Below are positions 20,000 through 30,532 of a stretch of 64,000 bases of DNA, in pieces. The stretch's first letter is position 1, and the number at the start of each line of letters is the position of its first letter. This stretch comes from a bacterium UBP8_UBA817 (GTDB taxonomy: Bacteria > Margulisbacteria > Marinamargulisbacteria > CAMDBA01). Location of the stretch: contig CAMDBA010000001.1 in assembly GCA_945888995.1 (NCBI GenBank), positions 12,796 through 76,795 of the forward strand, read 5' to 3'. Under the pieces are notes generated by a model, which saw only the letters and a list, made by a program, of their open reading frames with translations, did not search any database and was not told the origin of the DNA. A program made the translations under genes and the position numbers.

Positions 20000-21301
20000 C
20001 TTTAACGCGTTTCTACGTGACGACACTTTGGCTTCCAGTATGGCGACTGTTATTCCGATAAAAGCTGTACTTCGCTTACCTGTAGAATCTATAACGCGAA
20101 CAGTGAGTTCTTTTTCTCCCAGTCCGGCATTAGGCGAGATAATTACCTGACCTGAATACATACCATCTCCGGCAATCTCATCTCCCCAAAGACCCTGATC
20201 ATTTAACTCAAAATTATCCAAACGGCCTAAATCTGACAAATCAACCATTACCCCAGCTGTTTGGACGCCGTCCTTGACCTTAACATACAATGTCACGAGA
20301 GATGCGGAATAAGTCGCTTTATCCGGATTAGCCCAAGCAGAATCGATCATCAGATTATTGGTCGGCACCGATATTGAGGACTGTGCAACCTTGACCGGCC
20401 CCGGAGTCCGATCAAGGCCGGGATAGTATGCGGCATATTGCATCTCGACTTCTGGTAATTTTGATAACGCCCAGATCACATCCGCTCGGCTAGAAAGGGC
20501 GTTATACTTAGCATCCGACGCCCAATAAGCCGGAACTAGATTATATTTACAGGCTAGTTTTATTACGACAGCAGGATCAAGTGACGCAATCGCAGTTTCC
20601 CAACCGGGAGGCTGGACGCATTGCACCATGATCTGAGCCACTTCTACGCGATTTACCAATCCTTCAGGAATAAATTTACGCTTTCCGATTGTCTGAAGAA
20701 GACCTGACTTTAATACCGACTGAATATAAGGCAGCCCCCAATACGTGTCCGACACATCTGCCAGACGAGAAAGATCTGCATATTGAATGGGAAGCGTCCG
20801 GGCTTTTGCCAGAAACCATGCCACTTCAGCTCGTGTCACTGGCATATCCGGCAGAAAATAGGTCCTCACCGTATCATAGGTCTGGAAAAATGTTACAAAT
20901 CGCTCGATTTCGGACTTAGCCCAGTGATTGCTCAAATCGGGAAACGTCTGAGTCGAAAAAATCGGTATTGCGCTCTGGACCTGGGCCCGGCTGTCTAAAT
21001 CTTGTGATAAAACATGAATCACCGACCGGCCCGGTGGGACCTGAATGTCGCATGAGAAATCGCTGTGATTAAGCGCTACGGGAGTGCCATTCACATAGAG
21101 CTGCCTTGCCCCCAGAGCCCTACCCGATACGCGTACGGACTGACCGGAAACCAGTGCATTCGGAAGAGGCTGGAGAACCTCTAGCCTGATTGCAGGAAAA
21201 ACAGGTTCATTAATAAAAAATGAAACGGCAAAAAGACAGAAAACCGCGACACCGACTAATCGGTTACGACGGAGACTGACGGGCCTGATGACGTTTTTCA
21301 A
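19982..21301 (-). CDS. Secreted S-layer-homology (SLH) domain protein with C-terminal anchor-like Ig domain
   Basis: Signal peptide; SLH repeats FPDLSNHWAK...FLPDMPVTRAEVA and LADVSDTYWG...FIPEGLVNRVEVA; NDQGLWGDEIAGDGMYS resembles choice-of-anchor X. TTG start. Confidence 0.75.
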   Translation of the reverse strand: MKNVIRPVSLRRNRLVGVAVFCLFAVSFFINEPVFPAIRLEVLQPLPNALVSGQSVRVSGRALGARQLYVNGTPVALNHSDFSCDIQVPPGRSVIHVLSQDLDSRAQVQSAIPIFSTQTFPDLSNHWAKSEIERFVTFFQTYDTVRTYFLPDMPVTRAEVAWFLAKARTLPIQYADLSRLADVSDTYWGLPYIQSVLKSGLLQTIGKRKFIPEGLVNRVEVAQIMVQCVQPPGWETAIASLDPAVVIKLACKYNLVPAYWASDAKYNALSSRADVIWALSKLPEVEMQYAAYYPGLDRTPGPVKVAQSSISVPTNNLMIDSAWANPDKATYSASLVTLYVKVKDGVQTAGVMVDLSDLGRLDNFELNDQGLWGDEIAGDGMYSGQVIISPNAGLGEKELTVRVIDSTGKRSTAFIGITVAILEAKVSSRRNALKLVSGT

Positions 21302-21566
21302 GGTGATCTACGATGTCTTGGAATGAGAGGCCTTGCTGGCGCAAAAAAACCAATAGATGAAACACTAAGTCCGAGGTTTCATTTTTGATTTCTTCAGCAT
21401 CCTGATTCTTGCCCGCAATAATGACTTCTCCCGATTCTTCCCCTATTTTTTTCAAAATACGGTCGAGGCCGGATGCCATCAGTTTTGATGTGTAGGACGT
21501 ATCCGTCGCATCCGTCGTACGGCTGGCAATAATTGATTCTAAGGTGTGTAAAAATTGATAGTTCAT
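21264..21566 (-). CDS. hisE: Phosphoribosyl-ATP pyrophosphohydrolase (stand-alone)
   Basis: SYTSKLM, ILKKIGEESGEVIIA, ETSDLVFHLLV; ATG 21566 overlaps the dnaE stop (ATGA). Confidence 0.93.
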   Translation of the reverse strand: MNYQFLHTLESIIASRTTDATDTSYTSKLMASGLDRILKKIGEESGEVIIAGKNQDAEEIKNETSDLVFHLLVFLRQQGLSFQDIVDHLEKRHQARQSPS

Positions 21567-24500
21567 GAGCTCATCCATATATGTCCGGATCCAACCAATT
21601 GCTCTAGTGAGAGCTGTGCATCCTGGGAAATCCAGAATTTTTTGTGGGAGAGGACTTTTTGTGCCCCCACGTGAAAATATAGCGGTATATTACCTTTGAA
21701 CTGCCGACAAAGCAACTTAATGTCAGAAAGAACGTCTCTGTCACCCAGGCCTTCTACATCGATATGCAGGGATTTTGCGTGCTGGGTACTGTCGATAATC
21801 CCGATATCTTCACACATCAGCGAAATCTCATCCTGCCCCGCTTTTACCCGGCCTTTCAGATAGACCGTCTGGTCATCTATAAAAAACGGCGCTAATTTTT
21901 CGAACGATTTATTCTGAAACAAAATTACCGGAATCTCCCCAACCAGGTCTTCAAGAATCGCGGAGACCATTTCCCGTTTTGTTTTGGTAATAATCCGGCG
22001 GCAATTGGTTAAGAGTCCAGCAACGACGATAGATTGACCTTCCAGCTCAGCGGTTAAGCTTTCGGAATTATGGGTATATTTTTCCAGCATATCCCGAATC
22101 GGATCTAAGGGATGACCGGAAATATAGAGTCCCAGCAGTTCTTTTTCCATTCTCAATTTATCCTGAACCGACAAATACGGCACTTCAAAATCTTCATGCG
22201 CAGGCAAGCTCGGGCTCAACGACACGTCTCCGAATAATCCGATTTGGCCGTTACTTCGCTCTTTGAGCATAATCTGAGCGGATTCGACCGAGCCTTCATA
22301 ACTACCCATTAAGACTTCACGGGGTCCCAGACTATCCATCGCACCGCATTTTACCAACGATTCGATGACGCGTTTGTTCACCTGCTTCATGTCGACTCGT
22401 ACACAAAAATCTTCGATACTGGTATATGGGCCGTTTTCTTCACGGTTTTGAACGATACTCTCAATGGCACCTTCACCCACGTTTTTGATGGCTTTTAGAC
22501 CGAACCGGATATCATCCCCTTCAATGGAAAAATCCGCTTGCGAATGATTCACGTCCGGCGGCAATACATTGATATTCATCCGTCGACATTCCTGAATATA
22601 AAGCGACGTCTTATCGGAAGTGCCGAGCACACTGGAGAGGAGCGCCGTCAGATATTCCCGCGGATAATTGGCTTTCAGATACGCCGTGTGATATGAAATA
22701 AGGGCGTAAGCCGCACTATGAGATTTGTTAAACCCGTACTCCGCGAATTTATAGCATAAGTCGAAAATTTTACCTGCGGTTGCTTTTGGCACGTCGTTCT
22801 CGGCAGCGCCTTGTAAGAACTCGTCCCTGAGCCGGTCCATTTCTTCTTTTTTCTTTTTTCCCATGGCCCGGCGCAACATGTCCGATTGGCCCAGAGAAAA
22901 TCCGCCAATCGTACTTGCGATCTGCATAACCTGTTCTTGATATACAATCAGCCCGTAGGTTTCTTTGAGAATCGGCTCTAACTGAGTCAGCTCGTACTTC
23001 ACCTGCGTCTGGCCGGATTTATTAGAGATAAACTCACTTACCATCCCCGATCCCAACGGACCCGGACGATAAAGCGCCAATAACGCGATAATGTCTTCGA
23101 ATACCGTCGGCGCCAGGTCTTTGATCAGTGTCCGCATTCCCCGGCTTTCTAGCTGGAATACCCCGCTTGTATGGCCTTCACACAAGAGTTGATAAGTCGC
23201 AGGATCATCGACCGGAAGCTTAGCCACGCTAAACGGTTTACCAGTGGCGTTTCGGATGAGTTTTTCGGCGTCATCGATGACGGTCAGGTTACGCAGTCCC
23301 AAAATATCCATTTTGAGCAATCCGATTTTTTCGAGATCGTTCATCGGATATTGCGTGGCGGACTGGCCTTCATTGGTGACGAGTGGCACGACTTTGGACA
23401 ACGGATCGCGTGAAATCACCACACCGGCTGCATGGGTAGATGTATGACGGGCAAATCCTTCCAAACTACTGCCGATATCGAGTAATTGCTTAATTTCTTC
23501 AGAGCCGTCGTAGAGTTTCTTTAGTTCCGGGACCATCGTGAGCGCTTGATCTATCGAAGTCTGAGTGCCGGGATGGGCAGGGATTAATTTCGCGATGCGA
23601 TCCACGTCACTGAGGGGAACATTCAACACACGGCCTACATCCCTTATAACCCCACGGGCATTCATTGTTCCAAAGGTGATAATCTGCGCCACGTGGTCCG
23701 ACCCATATTTTTGGACAATGTAATCGATGACCTCGTTGCGGCGTCGGATACAAAAATCCAAATCAATATCCGGCATGGAGACCCGTTCCGGATTCAGGAA
23801 TCGTTCAAAAAGCAGTTTATATCGAATCGGGTCAATCTGGGTAATATCGAGGGCATAGGCCACAATTGATCCTGCCGCAGATCCCCGACCGGGTCCGCAA
23901 GGAATCCCGTTACTTTTGGCAAAATTTAAAAAATCATGAATAATCAAAAAGTAGGGTGCATAATTCATCTTATTGATGATATTCATTTCAAATCGAACCC
24001 GTTCTTGAAGTTCATCCGTCACGCCACCGTATTTTTTCTGAATGCCTTCGTCGACTAGTGTCTGAAGATATTCTTCACTTGTCTGATTATTCGGACATTC
24101 AAAATACGGAAGTTTGACTTGCTCGGTTTCGATTTCAAGCTTGCAGCTCTTGGCAATGGCCACGGTATTGGCAATCGCTTCCGGGTAGTCTTTGAAAGCC
24201 TCGATCATCTGTTCGGACGTTTTAAAATATTGTTCTTGCCCCTGGGTTCTGAAGCGCGTGTCGTCTTCTACTTTTTTGCCCATCTGGATGCAGTTCAAAA
24301 TATTTCGCAAAAACGCGCGGTCTTCCTGGAGATAATACACATCGTTCGTCGCCACAATTGGAATCGATAACTCACGTCCCAACTCGACACTTTCTTCTCT
24401 GAGCATATCTTCGAACGGCATATCTAACGCCTGAATGCCCAAGAAAAACCGGTCTTGATAGATTTCTTTTAATTGAACGGCAAATTCCGTCGCAGCGTCT

Positions 24501-24949
24501 TTATTGCCCGACCTGAGGGATGCTGCCACAGGGCCTCGCATTCCCGGAGAAATTGCCACCAGGCCTTTTCCGTATCGGGACAGGTGATCGATATCGATTC
24601 GCGGTTTGTAATAAAAGCCTTTTAGGTTGGAAATGGTGACCAGTTCAATTAAATTCTGATATCCCTCATAATTCTGGCATAGAAGGATAAGACGGTTCCA
24701 TCCCCGTTCTCTGAGAGAAATATCATTCGCCAGAAACATTTCACAGCCGATAATGGGATTGAGATTCCGAGCTTTGGCTTTGAGATAAAACTCAATCGCA
24801 CCAAACATTACCCCGTTGTCCGTCATGGCGCAGCCGGGCATATCGTACTCGACGCAGCGGTCTAACAGATCCGGGATCTGAATAGCCCCGTCAAGCAATG
24901 AATAATGCGTATGGCAGTGAAGGTGAACGAATGAAGGAGATGAGGCCAA
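21563..24949 (-). CDS. dnaE: DNA polymerase III alpha subunit
   Basis: PHP FVHLHCHTHYSLLDGA, GPGRGSAAGS, PDIDLDF, YGFNKSHSAAY, OB fold; TTG start; no intein. Confidence 0.99.
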   Translation of the reverse strand: MASSPSFVHLHCHTHYSLLDGAIQIPDLLDRCVEYDMPGCAMTDNGVMFGAIEFYLKAKARNLNPIIGCEMFLANDISLRERGWNRLILLCQNYEGYQNLIELVTISNLKGFYYKPRIDIDHLSRYGKGLVAISPGMRGPVAASLRSGNKDAATEFAVQLKEIYQDRFFLGIQALDMPFEDMLREESVELGRELSIPIVATNDVYYLQEDRAFLRNILNCIQMGKKVEDDTRFRTQGQEQYFKTSEQMIEAFKDYPEAIANTVAIAKSCKLEIETEQVKLPYFECPNNQTSEEYLQTLVDEGIQKKYGGVTDELQERVRFEMNIINKMNYAPYFLIIHDFLNFAKSNGIPCGPGRGSAAGSIVAYALDITQIDPIRYKLLFERFLNPERVSMPDIDLDFCIRRRNEVIDYIVQKYGSDHVAQIITFGTMNARGVIRDVGRVLNVPLSDVDRIAKLIPAHPGTQTSIDQALTMVPELKKLYDGSEEIKQLLDIGSSLEGFARHTSTHAAGVVISRDPLSKVVPLVTNEGQSATQYPMNDLEKIGLLKMDILGLRNLTVIDDAEKLIRNATGKPFSVAKLPVDDPATYQLLCEGHTSGVFQLESRGMRTLIKDLAPTVFEDIIALLALYRPGPLGSGMVSEFISNKSGQTQVKYELTQLEPILKETYGLIVYQEQVMQIASTIGGFSLGQSDMLRRAMGKKKKEEMDRLRDEFLQGAAENDVPKATAGKIFDLCYKFAEYGFNKSHSAAYALISYHTAYLKANYPREYLTALLSSVLGTSDKTSLYIQECRRMNINVLPPDVNHSQADFSIEGDDIRFGLKAIKNVGEGAIESIVQNREENGPYTSIEDFCVRVDMKQVNKRVIESLVKCGAMDSLGPREVLMGSYEGSVESAQIMLKERSNGQIGLFGDVSLSPSLPAHEDFEVPYLSVQDKLRMEKELLGLYISGHPLDPIRDMLEKYTHNSESLTAELEGQSIVVAGLLTNCRRIITKTKREMVSAILEDLVGEIPVILFQNKSFEKLAPFFIDDQTVYLKGRVKAGQDEISLMCEDIGIIDSTQHAKSLHIDVEGLGDRDVLSDIKLLCRQFKGNIPLYFHVGAQKVLSHKKFWISQDAQLSLEQLVGSGHIWMSS

Positions 24950-24950
24950 T

Positions 24951-26504
24951 TTAATCCTTAATTAATGATTGCAGCGCAACTAAGACCGGATCACGGTCCG
25001 AAGAATCTGCCAATAGCTGCTGGGTCAACACTTTTCCAAGTTGAACCCCTTCCTGATCGAATGAATTAATATGCCACAAAAATCCTTGAAACATCACGAC
25101 GTTTTCGTAAAAGGCAAGCAACGCGCCCAAAACGGCAGGTGTCAGCTGCTCGGCAATCAGAAGTGTCGAGGGCCGGTTGCCGGGAAATTGTTTATTCAAG
25201 TTTACATCGTCTTTTCCGACCGCCAAGGCCACCATTTGGGCCACGAGGTTGGCGATCAGTTTGTCCTGACTGGAAGAGCCGAACGTGGTGATGTCCGATG
25301 CAATTTGAGGCTTTTTAAACGCAATAAATTGTAACGGAATGACATCCGTTCCCTGATGAAGTTTCTGAAAAAATGAATGCTGTCCGTTCGTTCCGGGCTC
25401 TCCGAAAATCACAGGACCTGTTTCATAATCGATGGCGTCGAAGGCCATATTCACGCGCTTGCCATTGCTCTCGCAATCAAGCTGCTGCAAATGAGCGGGG
25501 AAGCGGCTTAGGGCTTCACAATATGGGATCACCCCTTTGGATGAAAACCCTAAGAAGTTCCGTTCCCACAATCCGATCAACGCCGACAACAATGCGATAT
25601 TTCCATAAATATTAGGATCCAGCGCGCATTGATCCATCACGCCTGCACCTTGTAAAAATGACTCGAAAACATCCGCGCCGAATGCCAGCGATAACACCGC
25701 GCCGCCTACTGCGCTGGTTGAGGAATAACGGCCACCGATATTGTCATCAATATAAAATGACGCCAGATATGCAGACGGATCATCCATCGGGCTGCCTTTT
25801 CCCGTCACCGCGATAAAATGCTTTTTAAGATCGACATCGGTGAGGCCGGAGTCTTTAGCGCGTTGTTTGACGAACGCCAGGTTGGTGAGGGTCTCCTGGG
25901 TGGTGCCGCTTTTGGAAACGACGATAAATAACGTGGTTTCAAAATCAACTGAACTCAGGACATGATTCGCATCATCCGGATCCACATTCGCAATAAATGA
26001 CGCGGTTAATGGAAGTGTGCCCTTTAAGGATTTTACATGGCGCTCAAGTGCGATGTACATCGCGCGCGGCCCGAGATCTGATCCGCCGATCCCGATTTGG
26101 ACGACGTGAGTGAAGGGTTTTCCGGTATAGCCGATTAGTTGTTTTGAATGCACTTTTTCACAAAATGCGGCGATTTTTTGTTGTTCTTCCCCGTACATGC
26201 CGCGGTCGGATAGTGACCGGGTCTGGTGGTGCAGCACTTTTCTTTTCTCTCCGACGTTGACGAGGTCGCCCGCTAAAAGACGTTTGTACTTTCCGATCAC
26301 GTCCTGCTCGTCAGATAATTTTTGAAGTGCGTCCAGAACAGGCGTATCTACCAATGCCGTCGCAAATGAAAATTCTAAGGGGCCATTGTGGCGGACATAT
26401 TCTTTAATGCGCTGAGCATTGAGGCTGTCTTTCAAAGAAACCGGGCGGGCTGCCAATTCGGCCAGGCGCGCAAAGGCTTGGGTTTGGGTCAGATTTTGTG
26501 ACAT
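24951..26504 (-). CDS. pgi: Glucose-6-phosphate isomerase
   Basis: IGIGGSDLGP, VSKSGTTQET, GGRYS, QQLDCESNGK, GEPGTNGQHSFFQ, SFDQEGVQLGK. Confidence 0.98.
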   Translation of the reverse strand: MSQNLTQTQAFARLAELAARPVSLKDSLNAQRIKEYVRHNGPLEFSFATALVDTPVLDALQKLSDEQDVIGKYKRLLAGDLVNVGEKRKVLHHQTRSLSDRGMYGEEQQKIAAFCEKVHSKQLIGYTGKPFTHVVQIGIGGSDLGPRAMYIALERHVKSLKGTLPLTASFIANVDPDDANHVLSSVDFETTLFIVVSKSGTTQETLTNLAFVKQRAKDSGLTDVDLKKHFIAVTGKGSPMDDPSAYLASFYIDDNIGGRYSSTSAVGGAVLSLAFGADVFESFLQGAGVMDQCALDPNIYGNIALLSALIGLWERNFLGFSSKGVIPYCEALSRFPAHLQQLDCESNGKRVNMAFDAIDYETGPVIFGEPGTNGQHSFFQKLHQGTDVIPLQFIAFKKPQIASDITTFGSSSQDKLIANLVAQMVALAVGKDDVNLNKQFPGNRPSTLLIAEQLTPAVLGALLAFYENVVMFQGFLWHINSFDQEGVQLGKVLTQQLLADSSDRDPVLVALQSLIKD

Positions 26505-26526
26505 CAGGGGTCTCCTTAACTTAAGT

Positions 26527-27771
26527 TTATTGTGTGGGATAAAGGCCGGTCAGAATATCGCGGTCTGCCTGAGTCAGCTTGAGACCCCGGCGCGCCATCA
26601 CGACTTCGGTAACGGTTAAAAATTTTGGCAATTCATATCGCGTATACTGTCCCGCTTCTCCCCAGCTGAATGCCGGAACATATTTCGGATGAAGCGTGGT
26701 GCCGACCAGATTCGCGCCGACATCGATAATCGTGCCGGTATTGAGCAATGTTCCGATACCGACTTTAACATGGTCTGCGATAATTGAACCGAGAAATGTC
26801 TGGCCGGAGCACCTGCGCTCGGTGCCGGTATCCAGCATGACCGGACCGTACGTATTTTTAAGATTGGACGTTGTGGTATGGGCTCCGAGATTCACCCATT
26901 CTCCTAGATAAGAATGGCCTAGGAATCCTTCGTGGCCTTTATTTGAATAGCCGATCATCACCGAATTGGTGATTTCACCGCCGACTTTACAGCCGGGTCC
27001 GATGGATGACGACTTGATCCGAGTTCCGCCATTCACACGGGATCCGGCACCGATAAATAACGGTCCTTCCAAGCGGCTATGCGCTTCGATGTAGACATCT
27101 TTTCCGATATAGACCGGCCCTGAAGACGCATTAATTAAAACAAAATCTTCTACTACCGTGCCGCTATCAATAAATACGGCGTCGTCGGATTCGATCCGGA
27201 CATACGGGGCCAGACGGCCTTTCGTAACCCCCATCCAGGCGAGCTCCATACAATCGGAGGTGATGACATCGGCATTAAAGCAAATTAAATCCCATAATTC
27301 AGATAGCATCAGCACGTCGTCAACTTCCTGAATCACTGCTTGTTCTAATGTGTTTTTTAAATCTATGTCTGTGAGAAGTGCTTGAGACACCGAAGTTAGA
27401 ATGGCGTTAATATTTTTTGCTGTCGAATACACCGCAACAATTTCGTTTTGATAACTGAAGATACAATCCTGCCCGGCCTGATAGGTCCGTTCAATCCGTC
27501 TGGCTAACGCTGAGGTCCATACGACCCGACCATTTAGAAAAAAAACAGCCTCGGATTCGTCTGCGCTTACAGGTTGTGTCAGCCGCATCATCTGCAGCTT
27601 GTCTGCCAAATTATCCCGGCTCACCAATTGCACATCTGCGGCCGGAAATTGACGGAGTACCCGATCCAATAGCGTTTCAGTGCCTAATAAGAGTTTAAAA
27701 ATCGGCCGTGTTGCAGTTAAAGGCAAAAAACGGCGATATGCGGGATCTTCATATAAATAGAGGGTTTTCAT
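26527..27771 (-). CDS. GlmU-related putative sugar nucleotidyltransferase with hexapeptide repeats
   Basis: FLPLTATRP N-terminus; GPVYIGKDV, GEITNS, HEGFLGHSYLGEWVNLGAHTTTSNLKN; start moved to ATG 27771. Confidence 0.75.
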   Translation of the reverse strand: MKTLYLYEDPAYRRFLPLTATRPIFKLLLGTETLLDRVLRQFPAADVQLVSRDNLADKLQMMRLTQPVSADESEAVFFLNGRVVWTSALARRIERTYQAGQDCIFSYQNEIVAVYSTAKNINAILTSVSQALLTDIDLKNTLEQAVIQEVDDVLMLSELWDLICFNADVITSDCMELAWMGVTKGRLAPYVRIESDDAVFIDSGTVVEDFVLINASSGPVYIGKDVYIEAHSRLEGPLFIGAGSRVNGGTRIKSSSIGPGCKVGGEITNSVMIGYSNKGHEGFLGHSYLGEWVNLGAHTTTSNLKNTYGPVMLDTGTERRCSGQTFLGSIIADHVKVGIGTLLNTGTIIDVGANLVGTTLHPKYVPAFSWGEAGQYTRYELPKFLTVTEVVMARRGLKLTQADRDILTGLYPTQ

Positions 27772-27855
27772 GACGGGTATTTTAACCAAAATGACGCATT
27801 ACAGGAAGTAGCGCAAATCAGAGAGTTCTAAATGGCGATCAATATATGAGTTCGG

Positions 27856-29103
27856 TTATGCAGCCGATTTTTCAGAAGCGCCGATCCATTTATTCACGGC
27901 TAGTGCCCCGACAATATCACCTTCGACATTCACTGTGGTCCGAACCGTGTCTAATATCCGGTCAATCGGCAACAATATCGCAACTGCCTCGACGGGCAAA
28001 CCCACCGATTGAAGCACCATAATCATGGTGACCATCCCTGCCGACGGAATCCCTGGCGCACCGACCGCCGCGACCATCGCCATCGCACAGATAACCAATT
28101 GATGCGTCAAACTCAGGTGCATCCCTACCAGATTGGCAATAAATAAGGCCGCAACGGCTTCGTATAAGGCCGTTCCATCCATATTGACCGTTGCGCCCAG
28201 CGGCAAAACAAACCCGGCCACGCTCTTGTCCACGCCCATCCGGTTTTGGACGGTATCTAGTGAAGTGGGTAAAGTCGCTGAGCTCGAGCTCGTTGAAAAT
28301 GCAGTTAAAAGCGGGCGCTGCAAATCGCCCCAGTAAGAAAATAAATTAATATTCGCGGTGAGCTTCAAAAATATCGGCAGGTTCACAAACCCATGAAAAA
28401 GTGTGCCAAAAATGACCACGCCCATAAACAGACCGAGCTGTTGAAATAAGGCCATATTCTGGGTCGCAACCAATGTAATTAATAACCCCATAATCCCGAT
28501 CGGCGCCACTCGCATAATAAATTGGACCAGTTTCATGACCACTTCCAACGCCTCTTGTAAAAGCGTGATTAACCGCTCAACATTCGGCGCATGAATCAGC
28601 GCCACACCCAGAAAAATCGCAAAAATCACCACGGGGAAAATTTTCCCTTCCGCCATGGCGGCAATCGGATTTTGGAATAACGTGACAATAAACGTATGCA
28701 GAAAATTCCCAACGTCGGCCGTCGGGCTCTGATGGGACGCCATCGCTGACGTAAATAACGATAGATCCGCACCGACACCCGGCTTAAAAATATGGACGAG
28801 CACCATCCCAGTCGCAATCGCCAGCGCCATCGAAAATACAAAATACCCGAACGTCCAGCGCCAGATCTTACCCATATTCACATGCGCTTTAAGACTGGAA
28901 ACACCGACGCTAATCGATAAGAACACCAACGGAATCAGCACCATCTTCAACAGTGCAACAAAAACCGTGCCAGCAAGCCCGGATAAATACAGGATCGAGG
29001 CTTCTTGCGGCACATCTTTCACATTTAAGATCGCCCCGATTCCGACCCCGAATATAGCGGCAAAAATAAGCTGAACATTCAGCGATTTCAGTCGATTTAA
29101 CAT
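27856..29103 (-). CDS. Dicarboxylate/amino acid:cation symporter (DAACS, GltP-like)
   Basis: LKMVLIPLVF, AFSTSSSSATLP, PLGATVNMDGTALY, DRILDTVRTTVNVEGD; start moved to ATG 29103. Confidence 0.93.
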   Translation of the reverse strand: MLNRLKSLNVQLIFAAIFGVGIGAILNVKDVPQEASILYLSGLAGTVFVALLKMVLIPLVFLSISVGVSSLKAHVNMGKIWRWTFGYFVFSMALAIATGMVLVHIFKPGVGADLSLFTSAMASHQSPTADVGNFLHTFIVTLFQNPIAAMAEGKIFPVVIFAIFLGVALIHAPNVERLITLLQEALEVVMKLVQFIMRVAPIGIMGLLITLVATQNMALFQQLGLFMGVVIFGTLFHGFVNLPIFLKLTANINLFSYWGDLQRPLLTAFSTSSSSATLPTSLDTVQNRMGVDKSVAGFVLPLGATVNMDGTALYEAVAALFIANLVGMHLSLTHQLVICAMAMVAAVGAPGIPSAGMVTMIMVLQSVGLPVEAVAILLPIDRILDTVRTTVNVEGDIVGALAVNKWIGASEKSAA

Positions 29104-29143
29104 AGATTCTAGTATATCACAGCAAATTTTCCACAACACAGAA

Positions 29144-29172
29144 TTTACAAACTTCAAATTCGTCCCTATAAT
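29144..29172 (+). promoter_or_regulatory. Sigma70-type promoter of tRNA-Asp
   Basis: TTTACA (29144-49), 17 bp, TATAAT (29167-72), 19 nt before the tRNA. Confidence 0.7.
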
Positions 29173-29191
29173 GCTTAGCACTTACCAGCTT

Positions 29192-29268
29192 GGGGACGTA
29201 GTTCAGTTGGTTAGAACGCCTGCCTGTCACGCAGGAGGTCGCCGGTTCGAGCCCGGTCGTCCCCGCCA
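29192..29268 (+). tRNA. tRNA-Asp(GTC)
   Basis: 77-nt cloverleaf GGGGACG...CGTCCCC-G-CCA, anticodon loop CT-GTC-AC, T-loop TTCGAGC. Confidence 0.98.
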
Positions 29269-29317
29269 CTAAATCATTAAATAACAACTTCACGATAGCC
29301 AAAACCGGTGACCTCCG

Positions 29318-29453
29318 GGAGGGCGCTGTGAGGAGGCCTTAAGCCGACGAAACCGAAGTTGCGCCGACCGAGTAGGGAGGAAAAGTGAAGGCAATAATGC
29401 CTGAACGTCAGCAACGTAGGCTGGGCGGCTTGATCCGCAGGATCAACGAAGCC
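29318..29453 (+). mobile_element. Putative gene-less miniature insert behind tRNA-Asp (136 bp)
   Basis: Lies between two identical 72-bp repeats; carries CGCCGACCGAGTAGGGAGGAAAAGTGA...GAACGTCAG shared with the tmRNA insert. Confidence 0.55.
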
Positions 29454-29525
29454 TTCGAGCCCGGTCGTCCCCGCCACTAAATCATTAAATAACAACTTCA
29501 CGATAGCCAAAACCGGTGACCTCCG
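29454..29525 (+). repeat. 72-bp exact direct repeat of the tRNA-Asp 3' end plus 49 nt of trailer
   Basis: 29246-29317 equals 29454-29525 (TTCGAGCCCGGTCGTCCCCGCCACTAAATC...GGTGACCTCCG). Confidence 0.95.
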
Positions 29526-29557
29526 TGAAAAGGGGTCATAGTCTTTTGCTTAGAAAA

Positions 29558-29599
29558 TGCCAGAGTACATCGAATGACTCTGGCACCTTTATTATTTTA
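29558..29599 (+). terminator. Candidate intrinsic terminator of the tRNA-Asp transcript
   Basis: 9-bp stem TGCCAGAGT / ACTCTGGCA then CCTTTTATTATTTT. Confidence 0.6.
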
Positions 29600-29755
29600 C
29601 CGAGTCCGGCACCGTGCCTGAAATACCGATTATTTACTTCTAAGACTAGCTGCTTTGAGATCTTTTTGGAACCAGATTTCATGGTTGAAAGAACGGGGAA
29701 ATCAATTTTCCGAATAAATTGACCCTCACCCCCTTCCCATAGTATCGTCAAATCC

Positions 29756-30532
29756 ATGCTCACCTACCCCCATATCGACCCCATCTTACTCCACCTCGGT
29801 CCCCTGCAAATCCGCTGGTATGGGATGATGTATATTCTGGGCATCAGCCTGGGATTAGCCGTGGTATGGAAATCACTTCGCACCACTTATACGATGTCAC
29901 GGGATGATATTTTTTCTCTGGTCACGTCTCTAATGATCGGGATCTTACTGGGCGGCAGGCTCGGGTACATTGTCTTTTATGACGCCGTGTTTTACCTTCA
30001 GCACCCATTGGAAGTCTTGTCTTATTGGCATGGTGGGATGTCGTATCATGGCGCAGCCATCGGATGTGTGATTGCCTGTTATCTTTTTTCAAAACGTGCC
30101 AAAAAACCATTCTTAGGATTATTGGACCTACTGGGGCTTAGCTCCACGATCGGCCTTGGGCTGGGGCGCATCGGTAATTTTATCAATGGCGAGCTTTACG
30201 GCAGGGTAACCACTGCACCATGGGGCATGATTTTCCCGTCAGGCGGTCCGCTTCCCCGTCATCCGTCGCAGCTTTATGAAGCCGCCTATGAGGGACTCGC
30301 CCTGTTTTATATTTTAGTTCTTTTATATCGTTACGCACGATTCAAACCCGGGCAACTCTTCGCCTGCTACCTTGTCTTATATGGAATCGGGCGGTTCTGC
30401 ATTGAATTTTTCAGAGAACCGGATGTTCAGATCGGGTTCATTTTACCGGGGGTTACACTCGGGCAACTACTCTGTATGACCATGATTACGGTTGGGATCG
30501 GGGTATTTTATTGGTCTCGGCGGACCGCTTAA
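29756..30532 (+). CDS. lgt: Prolipoprotein diacylglyceryl transferase
   Basis: IRWYG, LGGRLGY, GGMSYHG, GRIGNFINGELYGR, RHPSQLYE, EFFREPD. Confidence 0.98.
   Translation: MLTYPHIDPILLHLGPLQIRWYGMMYILGISLGLAVVWKSLRTTYTMSRDDIFSLVTSLMIGILLGGRLGYIVFYDAVFYLQHPLEVLSYWHGGMSYHGAAIGCVIACYLFSKRAKKPFLGLLDLLGLSSTIGLGLGRIGNFINGELYGRVTTAPWGMIFPSGGPLPRHPSQLYEAAYEGLALFYILVLLYRYARFKPGQLFACYLVLYGIGRFCIEFFREPDVQIGFILPGVTLGQLLCMTMITVGIGVFYWSRRTA

Noticed and set aside
22720-22760. Split or intein-containing DnaE as in Cyanobacteria
   Set aside because: KFAEYGFNKSH is continuous with no intein at the usual insertion point.
29246-29525. CRISPR array
   Set aside because: Only two copies, 72 bp long and tRNA-derived; no cas genes. 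The same applies to the tmRNA repeat and the 44848 tandem units.
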